From contig CAMJTE010000003.1 in NCBI GenBank assembly GCA_946408655.1, positions 1 to 38,987 of the forward strand: DNA of 38,987 nt, given 5' to 3'. Positions within the stretch are counted from its first letter, which is position 1. Every line of letters starts with the position of its first letter. Under the pieces are notes generated by a model that was given only the letters and a program-made list of their open reading frames with translations, was not told the DNA's origin and searched no databases. Source of the DNA: an uncultured Bacillales bacterium (lineage in GTDB: Bacteria > Bacillota_I > Bacilli_A > RF39 > UBA660). This document shows positions 29,845 to 38,987 of this stretch, in pieces. The position numbers were made by a program, and so were the translations under genes.

Positions 29845-30580
29845 AATTATCCTCCTTATTCAAATATGCAATCGATATATTGTCGCTACCCCCTCTATTA
29901 TTTGCTTTAAATATTAGTTTATCTAATTTCTCATCAATATCTAAATCTTTATTATTAAGTACTTTCATAATAGTATCATCATCAAGCATATTAGTTAATC
30001 CATCACTACATAAAAGTATTCCGTCAACTCCAAGTTCTACATTAAAGATATCCATTTCAACATCAGGAGATGCCCCGAGAGCACGCATAAGCACATTTTT
30101 CTTAGGATGATTTTTTGCATCTTCCTCACTTATTTCTCCTGATTTAACAAGTAAATTTACAAGTGTATGATCAACTGTTACTTTATGTAACTTTTTATTT
30201 TTGATAACATATCCAGATGAATCACCAATGTTTCCCATAAGCAAGAATTCTTTAGTAAGTATTGCAAGTACCATCGTTGTACCCATACCTGTACTCTCTT
30301 TGTGTTCAGCTACATATTTATATATAAGTGCATTAGCTTCTTTTACTATCTCACCAATCCAATTAATTGCATCTTTCTTGTTTCCTACACTACTAATACT
30401 TTTAAATCTAGTCGCAATATGGTTTAAAGCAATACTGCTGGCTACCTCACCATCTTTATGGCCACCCATACCATCAGCTACCGCCATTAAAACCTCACCA
30501 CTAGCGTTTGTAACAATATTTACTGAATCTTCATTACGTTCTCTAACCTTACCTGGGTCAGTTATATAAGAATATCTCAT
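29834..30580 (-). CDS. stp: PP2C-type Ser/Thr phosphatase (Stp1/PrpC)
   Basis: R.RNED, ADGMGGH, CSDGL, GGSDNIS. Confidence 0.95.
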   Translation of the reverse strand: MRYSYITDPGKVRERNEDSVNIVTNASGEVLMAVADGMGGHKDGEVASSIALNHIATRFKSISSVGNKKDAINWIGEIVKEANALIYKYVAEHKESTGMGTTMVLAILTKEFLLMGNIGDSSGYVIKNKKLHKVTVDHTLVNLLVKSGEISEEDAKNHPKKNVLMRALGASPDVEMDIFNVELGVDGILLCSDGLTNMLDDDTIMKVLNNKDLDIDEKLDKLIFKANNRGGSDNISIAYLNKEDNYDN

Positions 30581-31602
30581 AATCCCTCCTCAAAGTTAGC
30601 TCGAAGTTGTCCACATGCTGCAGATACCTTACTACCAAACTCTCGTCTTATTGTAACATTTATATTATTTTTTTTCAATATATCATAAAACTCTAATAAA
30701 GTTTTTTGACTACTTTTTTTAAATTCTATATGACTAGTCTCATTATACGGAATTAAATTTACATAGCAATTCATTCCTTTTAATAAATTACTTAATTCTA
30801 TCGCACAATCTTTAGTATCATTAATCCCCTTAAGCATTATATATTCAAATGTAATCCGTCTATTAGTTACTTTTATGTAATCCTTGATAGAGTCCATTAA
30901 CTCTTCTATTTTATAAGCCTTATTAATATTCATTAATCTACTTCTAATTTCATTATTAGGTGCATGCAAAGAAATAGCTAAATTAACTTGTTTATCATAA
31001 TTAGTAAACTCTTTAATTTTAGGAATAATACCACATGTAGATACAGTTATATGACGACTTCCTAATGCTATACCATTGTTATCGTTAATTATATCAATAA
31101 AATTTATTACGTTATCATAGTTATCAAATGGTTCTCCTATCCCCATTAAAACTACATGTGATATTCTATCTTTAATATTCTCTTCTATTTTAAGTATTTG
31201 CAATACCATTTCATAGCTTTCTAAATTGCGAACTTTTTTAAGCCTTCCAGACTCACAAAATGCACATCCCATGTTACATCCTACTTGTGTAGAGATACAT
31301 AGACTATTCCCATAATCATGGTACATTAATACTGCCTCTACTTTGTTGTTATCATATAGTCCAAACAAATACTTTTTAACATCTACATCTTCATTTTTCG
31401 CAAGTATCTCTAAATCATTAAAGCAAAAGTTTTCTTCAAGCAACTCTATTACACTCTTACTAACATTATGCATTTCATTAAAACTTTTAACTCTTTTATT
31501 ATATAACCAATCATATACTTGTTTTGCTTTAAATTTTTTATATCCATTATCTACAAAAAACTCTTCTAAATCTTTTAAACTTATACCATAAATACTGCGC
31601 AT
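30577..31602 (-). CDS. rlmN: 23S rRNA m2A2503 methyltransferase RlmN
   Basis: CNMGCAFC radical SAM motif, MGIGEP, AACGQL. Confidence 0.96.
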   Translation of the reverse strand: MRSIYGISLKDLEEFFVDNGYKKFKAKQVYDWLYNKRVKSFNEMHNVSKSVIELLEENFCFNDLEILAKNEDVDVKKYLFGLYDNNKVEAVLMYHDYGNSLCISTQVGCNMGCAFCESGRLKKVRNLESYEMVLQILKIEENIKDRISHVVLMGIGEPFDNYDNVINFIDIINDNNGIALGSRHITVSTCGIIPKIKEFTNYDKQVNLAISLHAPNNEIRSRLMNINKAYKIEELMDSIKDYIKVTNRRITFEYIMLKGINDTKDCAIELSNLLKGMNCYVNLIPYNETSHIEFKKSSQKTLLEFYDILKKNNINVTIRREFGSKVSAACGQLRANFEEGL

Positions 31603-31660
31603 AAATCACCTTTTCTATGTATATTTTATCATAAATAACAAACTAATGAAATACAAATAG

Positions 31661-31687
31661 AAAAAAATGATATAGAAATCTATATCA
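31661..31687 (-). terminator. Terminator after the dockerin gene
   Basis: TGATATAG-aaat-CTATATCA stem plus T run on the minus strand. Confidence 0.55.
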
Positions 31688-32692
31688 CTTAATATATGGT
31701 AATTTTGTTATTGAACCATTTATATATTGTTGCATAATAGTCTGATCTGTTGCATCAACTAATCCATCTAAGTTAAGATCAGCAACATGTTTTTGTGCAT
31801 CAGATAAATTATTTTTTGTACTATTACCTACATATAAATCTAACAATGTTTGATCAGTTACATCAACCAAGCCATCAAAGTTAATATCACCAAATAATTG
31901 TGATGGATGTGGCAATTCAGTAATTTCGCCTTCAAAATATCCTTCTAAAATAGTGTAATCAGAAATATTAACTTTTCCATCTAAATTCAAATCAGCTGCT
32001 TTTAACTCTGCCTCATTTAGTTCATAGCCTGCAATATCTGATATATATCCTGAAAGAATAGTTTTATCAGTAACATTAACTATTCCATCTGAATTAACAT
32101 CCCCATAAATAATCTTTCCATTATTTTCATTTGAAATATTGTTACTATTTTTTTTCTTTGCTGCAATTATATCATCTTTCTTACAGTATGAACGGAATTT
32201 CTTATATCCTGCACGACAAATATAATTTCCAATTTTATTTATAGGTGCCGAAGAACCAGCACGATATTCGACTGCATAGTTATTTAACAAACTAAAATCA
32301 GTAATAGTAGTAGCTCCATCGCCATCAACATCACCTAATAAAATTTGATAATCATCAAGTAATTTTATACCACTAACATATTCTCTAACCAACGTTGCAT
32401 CACTTGTAGTAATTTTATTATCTCGATCAACATCCCCAATACGATAAGCTTTTTCAGTTAATTCTCTATAACACTCATAACCATTACTTTTTTTTCTTAA
32501 TGTATACCCTGAATCACAAGTATACTCAGAATCATTTGCAACAGAATTTCCCATCAAATTTGAAAAATTACCAATTTCAAATACTCCAACAACTGCAAGA
32601 ATAGCAACAATAATAATCCCAACTATTAAAATCTTTTTATTTTTTTCAGACCTAATTTCTTCATTACTAGGTCTACCTACATGTTTTTTCAT
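31685..32692 (-). CDS. Membrane-anchored protein with three dockerin type I domains
   Basis: Paired GDVDRDNKI/GDVDGDG, GDVNSDG/ADLNLDG and GDINFDG/ADLNLDG Ca-binding repeats; ATG 32692 after GGAGGAG. Confidence 0.82.
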   Translation of the reverse strand: MKKHVGRPSNEEIRSEKNKKILIVGIIIVAILAVVGVFEIGNFSNLMGNSVANDSEYTCDSGYTLRKKSNGYECYRELTEKAYRIGDVDRDNKITTSDATLVREYVSGIKLLDDYQILLGDVDGDGATTITDFSLLNNYAVEYRAGSSAPINKIGNYICRAGYKKFRSYCKKDDIIAAKKKNSNNISNENNGKIIYGDVNSDGIVNVTDKTILSGYISDIAGYELNEAELKAADLNLDGKVNISDYTILEGYFEGEITELPHPSQLFGDINFDGLVDVTDQTLLDLYVGNSTKNNLSDAQKHVADLNLDGLVDATDQTIMQQYINGSITKLPYIK

Positions 32693-32711
32693 ATTTATCT
32701 CTCCTCCATAT

Positions 32712-34313
32712 TTATACATTTTCTTTCTTCTTATACATAACAAGCACTGTAGTTCCCGCAACAACTAAAGTTAATCCAAATACTATTAATGCTACTGATA
32801 TTGTTTTCTTTGTATCTGGCGTTGGAACAACTTCTTTTGGTATTGGAACAATAACTTCTACTTTATTTGTTACTTTATTAGTAACGCCACCATTATCTTT
32901 TACACTAATATTTGCAACATTAGGAATAATGTAACCAGTTTTAGTTGCATTAATATAATTAGATAAATCATAATTATCTTTTACCATAGTTGTAATCATA
33001 AATTCATATTCGTGACCATAGAAATCATCTGTTGCAAGATAATCTGCTTTCGCAATTGCATCAATAACAAGAGAACCATCTTTCTCAGTCATAGTTACAG
33101 TAAATTTATTAGTTACATCTACACCTTCATCATTTTTAATAACAATCTTAGATTTATCTTTAACAGTAAGACATGGTTCTAAAATATCATTAAATTTATA
33201 TTCAGTATATTTATTATCACTTCCATCTAAGTTAATATAAGGAACACGATGAGAAGTTGTATAAACATATTCTTCTAAACGTTTAACTTCTTTTTTATTT
33301 ACACTCTTTACAGGATCTTCAACGCTAAATGGAATTAGTGAATCAGGTGAAAAATTAAACATTCCTCCCCCAAAGCCTTCATATGTTCCACCATTTCTAT
33401 CCCACCAAGATTTTAAGAAATCAGGCTCGCCTAGATAGTAAGTTAGATTAAAACTTCCTCCACTAAATAAAATAGTTGACCAAGCATATTTATACTCTCT
33501 ATCACTATAAGTTTCTAAGTTGGATGACTGAATTGCATTTTCCATACTAACTAATTGTTCATAATCAGTTTCACTAGTTAATTTGTCTTTAAACAAGTGT
33601 TGTCTAGCTTCTTTTGTAGTACAATTACCTTCATTATCAAACGCTGTACAAACTTGACTATAGTTTTCATAAATATATGCTTTATCAACACCAGTTCCCA
33701 TTTTAAAAGCTTGAGAAAAATCTAAATCTTTAAATGTTCCATAACCTTTTAAATCAAGTTTATTCCCATCTTTATCTAAAAAGTCATACTGTAAATTAAC
33801 TGAACGTAATCCATCAAGAATAACACGCATATCATTAGCATAAAAATTAATACTTGCTTTTTCTGATTGATAATAATTACCATCAGTGTATTTAAACTTT
33901 TTAAATAGTGTTCCACCTTGACCATTTGTACCAATCTTACAGTTTTTAACAGTTATTTTTAAATTAACTTGTTTCCCTTGATACATTCCAACATTGTTAT
34001 ATAGTATATACATTTTTCCACTAGAACAATCTGATTCACTATCTACATAGAAAACTTTACTTACCGTATAATCTACATCTGAATCATAAAATACTTTTTT
34101 AGCAAATACTTCATTAGCTGATGATAATAAATGATAATTACTAGCAGTTGCCTTAGTGTTTTTCGTATTAAATGTCCAACCATAATTAGCATCTATCTTA
34201 TAACTACTTTCACTTCCTTCCGTAATCACATTAATAACACTCTTTGCTTTAATTACCAAAGGCATTATAAGCATTACTATAATTAGTAACAATAATTTTC
34301 CAAGTTTCTTCAT
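32712..34313 (-). CDS. Secreted, C-terminally anchored surface protein with isopeptide-forming fimbrial-like domain
   Basis: Signal peptide; P.KSV...Y...D.L...IPNVA...TNKVEV pattern; TPDT + TM + KKK tail. Confidence 0.7.
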   Translation of the reverse strand: MKKLGKLLLLIIVMLIMPLVIKAKSVINVITEGSESSYKIDANYGWTFNTKNTKATASNYHLLSSANEVFAKKVFYDSDVDYTVSKVFYVDSESDCSSGKMYILYNNVGMYQGKQVNLKITVKNCKIGTNGQGGTLFKKFKYTDGNYYQSEKASINFYANDMRVILDGLRSVNLQYDFLDKDGNKLDLKGYGTFKDLDFSQAFKMGTGVDKAYIYENYSQVCTAFDNEGNCTTKEARQHLFKDKLTSETDYEQLVSMENAIQSSNLETYSDREYKYAWSTILFSGGSFNLTYYLGEPDFLKSWWDRNGGTYEGFGGGMFNFSPDSLIPFSVEDPVKSVNKKEVKRLEEYVYTTSHRVPYINLDGSDNKYTEYKFNDILEPCLTVKDKSKIVIKNDEGVDVTNKFTVTMTEKDGSLVIDAIAKADYLATDDFYGHEYEFMITTMVKDNYDLSNYINATKTGYIIPNVANISVKDNGGVTNKVTNKVEVIVPIPKEVVPTPDTKKTISVALIVFGLTLVVAGTTVLVMYKKKENV

Positions 34314-34369
34314 GACTCCTCCTCTACTTTAGATAAATAATACCAAATAAAAGAGATAATGTCAATGCA

Positions 34370-36928
34370 TCATCTCTTAACTTTACACTTTTTTACACCA
34401 TAAATTATCAAAATTACAATTGATATAAATGATATAAAAATTCCTTTACCTAATCCTTCGGAATAATAAACTAATTTTATCTTATGATTACCTTTATCTA
34501 AGTTTATACTCATAAAGTCTCCAACACTCTTATTAATTTTTACTCTTTTACCGTTATCGTAAGCTATCCAGCCCTTATCATAAGGGATTGCTAGAAAAAG
34601 ATTTGATTTAGTATCAGTAGTAATATTGCCTTCAACTTTATTATTTTTAACTTTAACATCTTTTAGCTGATTATTCTTTAATTTATTATAAACTTTCTTA
34701 AATACTTCTTCATCAAAATAATATAAATATGCTTTATCCTTCCTTTTTATCATCGAATTATCAAGGCGCATCAGAATAGTTGAATTCTCATATTTATTAT
34801 CTAATACTACTGTACCTACATTCTCACTATCAAGAGACTCTACATACTCATCATTTATATATATTGTTTCATAAACTGACCAGTTAATAGCTACATCATA
34901 ATCGACTGTTAAGTATAGTTTTTTATTACTAGTATTGATATCAAATTCATATGTTCCATCACTAATATATCTTTTAGATAGAGGTTTTAATATTTTATCA
35001 TTAATACCACTTATCATACTTACAAATTTATTAATATTTTCAAAACTATTTTTATTATTTATCTTATATTCTTTAGCGCTCTTATTAATTATATATCCTA
35101 GTGATAACGCATAAGGGTTTTCATAGATATATACATTTTTCTTCTCATACTTTTTCTTAAACGAATTATATTTAGTAATAACAAATTTAGATTTATAATT
35201 ATAATATGTATCTTCTAGTTTATCTTTGCTATTAATATATTTAAATCCAAGTAATGAATCATAAATAGGTAATTTATTTAAGTCATAGATGAGTGTTGTA
35301 TAAGTAAGTGAACCACCATGTTTATGAAAGAATCTATAAAGATCACCATCATTAGTAGATAGCGCAGTTGTAAAGCCATGCGTACCACAAGTATGACTAT
35401 CTAAATAACTATAATAATGATTACCATCAATTCGATAGAAATTATTATCAATACCATTTAAATTATGACATGATTCATTATAAAATGTTGCATAGCTATT
35501 AACTACTCTTAATGATTTTACTGTAACTAATGTATCTATATAATTAAATGTTAACTCACCAAGAACAAGTATAAGCATAATAATACTTACAATTACTTTT
35601 TTATTTATTCTTGTATAGATAAAGAAAAGTATCAGATATATAATAGCAAACACCACACTAATTATAATATCAGTTTTAGATAAAAATACCAAATAAATAT
35701 TACTTACTTTATGACTCACAAATATATATAAAATAATTAGTATAATAAAATATCTTACTTTAATCTTATCACAGTTATAAAAACATTTAGCAGCTAAATA
35801 TATCGTAAAGAATGTATAAAAATAAGTAAACCTTGATATATATCCATTAGGGAATGAAAATGCTTGCCAAAACAATTGTAATTGGGGAATAACTAAACTA
35901 GCTATAAAGAATAATACAACAATTAAACTAAGGATCTTTTCCTTTCTTTTAATCTTCTTATTAAAGAAATATAATATTGATAACGCAAAACAAAATAATG
36001 ATACATATATTACCGGTCTATTTCTACCAAGTACTGATGCAGTATTATGTGTACCAATATAAGTTTTAGAAAAGACATTCCCTAAAAATGTTTTATAAAT
36101 ACTAGATATTTTAAAGTCAAGTAAACTTTTATCTAGTTCAAAACGCATAACATGACTTATATTAATAATACTTGGAATTAAAATTATTGAAGCAATTCCA
36201 CCAGCAAGTAAACTAAAGCAAGCAAATCTAATCATTATCTTTCCATACTCTTTAATCTGTTTAAACTTATATAAGCAAAATAATTCATACAAGAAATAAA
36301 TAACACAAAATATACATAACATATATGCCATATAAAAGTTAAACATGATTGCAAGCGATAATGTAATTGTATAAAATATTGGTTTTCCTCTAATTAATCT
36401 ATTTATTCCAATCATTACAAGTGGCATCATATATATTACATCAAACCACATATTATTAAAGTAATATACCGTTGTAAATCCCATTAAAGCATAACTAGTA
36501 GAAAAGATTAAATTAGTAAACTTAGTTCCATATTTATAATTTAGGAACATATTCATAAATAAGCCACATAAACCAAACTTAATCATTAGAATAATAAAAG
36601 TCATAAATGGTGTATCTACTTTTGATACAAACATATATAAAATATTAAATGGACTAGCAAGATAGTACCCAAATGTACTTGCCATGTTTCCACCTAATCC
36701 TTTAGAGAAAGAATAAAAAATTGAATCATTTCCAACAAATACATCATGAATATAATTATAAAGTGAATTATACTGACTAGCCATATCCGCAAGCAAATAA
36801 TTCTCTCCATTTTTAAAATTAGTACCATGACTTATTATTTCTAATCCAACAGTTACCCCTACTATTATTACAATAGGAATAATAAATGCACATATATTAA
36901 TTAATATTTTTTTTCTATCTAACTTCAT
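34370..36928 (-). CDS. YfhO family membrane protein (GT-C glycosyltransferase-like)
   Basis: D...QY, GLGGNM...YYLASPFN, NFYMAYM, F.NG...RF, IPYDKGW. Confidence 0.9.
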   Translation of the reverse strand: MKLDRKKILINICAFIIPIVIIVGVTVGLEIISHGTNFKNGENYLLADMASQYNSLYNYIHDVFVGNDSIFYSFSKGLGGNMASTFGYYLASPFNILYMFVSKVDTPFMTFIILMIKFGLCGLFMNMFLNYKYGTKFTNLIFSTSYALMGFTTVYYFNNMWFDVIYMMPLVMIGINRLIRGKPIFYTITLSLAIMFNFYMAYMLCIFCVIYFLYELFCLYKFKQIKEYGKIMIRFACFSLLAGGIASIILIPSIINISHVMRFELDKSLLDFKISSIYKTFLGNVFSKTYIGTHNTASVLGRNRPVIYVSLFCFALSILYFFNKKIKRKEKILSLIVVLFFIASLVIPQLQLFWQAFSFPNGYISRFTYFYTFFTIYLAAKCFYNCDKIKVRYFIILIILYIFVSHKVSNIYLVFLSKTDIIISVVFAIIYLILFFIYTRINKKVIVSIIMLILVLGELTFNYIDTLVTVKSLRVVNSYATFYNESCHNLNGIDNNFYRIDGNHYYSYLDSHTCGTHGFTTALSTNDGDLYRFFHKHGGSLTYTTLIYDLNKLPIYDSLLGFKYINSKDKLEDTYYNYKSKFVITKYNSFKKKYEKKNVYIYENPYALSLGYIINKSAKEYKINNKNSFENINKFVSMISGINDKILKPLSKRYISDGTYEFDINTSNKKLYLTVDYDVAINWSVYETIYINDEYVESLDSENVGTVVLDNKYENSTILMRLDNSMIKRKDKAYLYYFDEEVFKKVYNKLKNNQLKDVKVKNNKVEGNITTDTKSNLFLAIPYDKGWIAYDNGKRVKINKSVGDFMSINLDKGNHKIKLVYYSEGLGKGIFISFISIVILIIYGVKKCKVKR

Positions 36929-37145
36929 ATTTTTACCTCAAAATAATTATATATAATTTTTTTATTTTTAGCGCTAACACATAATACATGGTAAACAAGA
37001 TTGCTTACATTATGTGATGAATATAGATATTACTATCATTCATTTACAGACTCGCTACGTATAATTATACTCCTTTCAGCCATGCCGTTCAAGCAGTGGG
37101 AATTTCCCAAGAGTTAGGATTATACTGTGTATGTTTCTAGCTTAT

Positions 37146-37186
37146 TAAAAATGTTCATTATAAAAGTCTATTTTATAATGAACATT
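37146..37186 (-). terminator. Perfect 16-bp inverted repeat with T tail; probable end of the pilin transcript
   Basis: AATGTTCATTATAAAA-gtcta-TTTTATAATGAACATT. Confidence 0.55.
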
Positions 37187-37222
37187 CATTACATTCAAAA
37201 CTAAATTATCCACATAACTTAC

Positions 37223-37370
37223 CGGCTCCACTCACGTGACTTCGTCACAATCGTTCCGCACCTAACGGCAAATTACGCTCCGCTATTTGCCTATTACAAA
37301 TCCTTGTTTCACAAGGATTTGCACTCGCATCTAGTTTCTTACCCCGTCCTTACTTTACTCCTCCATAAGG
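37223..37370 (-). repeat. Cluster of hairpins with GNA loops downstream of the pilin-like gene
   Basis: Stems at 37236-37248, 37267-37291, 37297-37321 and 37348-37370. Confidence 0.7.
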
Positions 37371-37393
37371 TTTTAGTCTCACATTCACTCAGA

Positions 37394-38323
37394 TTAGAGT
37401 TCAGATTTTGAGAGAACTATAACTGGGCGAACAGCGCCGCGGTTGCTGCTGACGCTAATGCCGACAAGTCCGACGGACCCAACGACGTCCCAAACATAAG
37501 ACGACGAATCGCTGTATGGACTACTTGTCCAATACCAATAATTACTATTGTATACCCAACTTGGTGTATCATCTGTTTTTAGACCAACTTGATAACAACT
37601 TTCTGTACATTCTTGTTGGACTTGATATCCCAACCCATTTCTTAACTCATCTATAGTAATCAATCTTACTTCTGTTGCTGCTGGGGCTTTTGCTGCTTTC
37701 CATGCATCAACTGCAGTTTTTATATATGACCCTTCGTATGAATTACTACTTGAATGATATTGCATTCCTGTATAACCATTACTACTATAAGTTTTTGCAT
37801 CTGAAGGTTTATAATCTGATATTTCTTGAGCACTTAATGGTTCTGCTTTTAATAATTTAACTGTAGCCTGTGTAGTATCACTATTCTCTATTACATAGTA
37901 GTTTACATTATTATATGTTACTTGATTACCTACAGTATATGCTGTGTATGTTGGTGCAGGTGGAGTTTTATCACTTCCATATGCGTAATCTACTGTTCTT
38001 CCTGCAACTGTGCATCCTGTTAGATATACACTAGAATCACTATTCAATTGGGTTGTTGAACATACTACTTCATTTCCACTATATTCAATGGTTAACTCTG
38101 ATACATCTGTTGGAAATTTTCCTGTATCTAGTAGATATCCTGCTATCGCAAGTTCAATACTACGTCCATATGCATCAATACTTCTCTTATCTGCTGATAC
38201 TCGTGCCTTTCTTATTATGTTCATTACTAAAGGTGTAACAATTAGGGCAATTATTGCCATGATAACTAATACTGCAATTAACTCTATTAAAGTAAATGCA
38301 GATTTTCTACTTTTCATTTTCAT
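37394..38323 (-). CDS. Type IV pilin-like (prepilin N-methylation) protein with C-terminal CLec/DUF6273-like domain; putative DGR target
   Basis: KSA|FTLIELIAVLVIMAII class III signal; C-terminal YWTSSP...VW.V...GAVRPVI; ATG 38323 after AAGGAGG. Confidence 0.85.
   Translation of the reverse strand: MKMKSRKSAFTLIELIAVLVIMAIIALIVTPLVMNIIRKARVSADKRSIDAYGRSIELAIAGYLLDTGKFPTDVSELTIEYSGNEVVCSTTQLNSDSSVYLTGCTVAGRTVDYAYGSDKTPPAPTYTAYTVGNQVTYNNVNYYVIENSDTTQATVKLLKAEPLSAQEISDYKPSDAKTYSSNGYTGMQYHSSSNSYEGSYIKTAVDAWKAAKAPAATEVRLITIDELRNGLGYQVQQECTESCYQVGLKTDDTPSWVYNSNYWYWTSSPYSDSSSYVWDVVGSVGLVGISVSSNRGAVRPVIVLSKSEL
37427..37513 (-). other. Putative DGR variable region
   Basis: 60% GC over 37421-37500; 15 of 29 codons are NNC; invariant codons are A-free. 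Confidence 0.72.
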
Positions 38324-38425
38324 AATTATTTCCTCCTTCATTAAATTTTCATTTCATTTTACATGTAAAAATACATAAATATTTAAGATAGTGTATGAAA
38401 CATTACCTTTCCTATTTACACATCA

Positions 38426-38454
38426 AGTTTATCATGATTTTTCTACTAGGTCAA
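38426..38454 (-). promoter_or_regulatory. SigA-like promoter of the pilin-like gene
   Basis: TTGACC-N17-TAAACT with TG extension. Confidence 0.55.
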
Positions 38455-38568
38455 TACTTTTTACAAAAAAATGCAGTTCTAGATTATGCCCAAAACTTAC
38501 CACCTGCTCTCTAAGAAAATAATATCAAAAAACAGAATAAGAGTAAAGAAAAATATTTTTTCCATTAA

Positions 38569-38597
38569 TTTACATCTAATAGTATACGTGCTATAAT
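38569..38597 (+). promoter_or_regulatory. SigA-like promoter of the AAA ATPase gene
   Basis: TTTACA-N17-TATAAT with TG extension. Confidence 0.55.
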
Positions 38598-38621
38598 ATA
38601 AGCACAAAGGGGATGATATTT

Positions 38622-38987
38622 ATGAAAATGTTACCAATAGGAAGAGATAATTTTAAAGATCTTATGGATAATGATTTATATTATGTAGACAAGACTGATA
38701 TAATTGAACAGTTATTATATAATAAGAATTATGTATCTTTGTTTCCTAGACCTAGAAGATTTGGAAAAAGTTTATTTATATCAATGGTAGATCAATTTTT
38801 TAATATTGAGTATAAAGATAGAAATAAGAATTTATTTGATGGTTTAAAGATAAGTAAGAGCAATTATTATAACAGATTGTCATCTAATCCAGTTATAAAA
38901 CTAGATTTTAAAAATTTAAAACAAAATAATTTTGAAATTATGTATAATTCTTATAAAGAAATGATTAGAAAATTATACTCACGAAAA
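38622..38987 (+). CDS. AAA-ATPase-like protein (family usually fused to a PD-(D/E)XK nuclease), truncated by the window end; not in ORF track
   Basis: MKMLPIGRDNFKDL...YYVDKT...FPRPRRFGKSL. Confidence 0.88.
   Translation, partial: MKMLPIGRDNFKDLMDNDLYYVDKTDIIEQLLYNKNYVSLFPRPRRFGKSLFISMVDQFFNIEYKDRNKNLFDGLKISKSNYYNRLSSNPVIKLDFKNLKQNNFEIMYNSYKEMIRKLYSRK

Noticed and set aside
36968-37141. Assignment as 6S RNA, c-di-AMP riboswitch, RNase P RNA or a self-cleaving ribozyme
   Set aside because: Only short fragments (GCTGAA, GTTCAAG) match; the remaining conserved cores were not found
2230-38378. Antisense or alternate-frame ORFs in the track (e.g. 2230-2412, 4469-5059, 7819-8010, 14414-14859, 16585-17010, 18130-18414, 23155-24824, 26983-31591 set, 37675-38378)
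   Set aside because: They lie within well-supported genes and show no RBS or family motifs; these are shadow ORFs
1-38987. Mycoplasma genetic code (TGA = Trp), or a prophage/IS in the window
   Set aside because: rlmN and yfhO end properly at TGA; no integrase, transposase, RT or virion genes were seen

Overview
Very AT-rich Bacillota chromosomal segment using genetic code 11. By inference it resembles the uncultured reduced gut Bacilli (RF39-like), given the Mollicute/Erysipelotrichia-type GatA motif GSDTGDS, a PASTA kinase and YjcZ-type sporulation micro-proteins. Almost all genes are on the minus strand. In order: two unannotated YjcZ-like small ORFs, prsA, recX, an ABC exporter, tRNA-Glu/tRNA-Ile, an Asn T-box-led tRNA-Asn x2-gatCAB-orf-aspS operon, a small accessory patch (DUF1016 remnant, DUF4143 ATPase), an MMPL fusion gene, a vWA/XpaC/TelA/AAA+ module, tig, the rlmN-stp-pknB-rsgA-rpe cluster, surface-protein genes (triple dockerin, fimbrial-like, YfhO) and a prepilin-type gene. 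Two observations stand out. (1) The type IV pilin-like gene ends in a ~60% GC, NNC-codon-rich stretch that looks like a diversity-generating retroelement (DGR) variable region. It is followed by a cassette of GNA-loop hairpins, and no template repeat or reverse transcriptase is visible in the window. (2) The Asn T-box riboswitch has two tRNA-Asn genes (its own ligand) nested between the antiterminator and the terminator, with a plausible long-range switching helix. All assignments are by eye; no searches were run.
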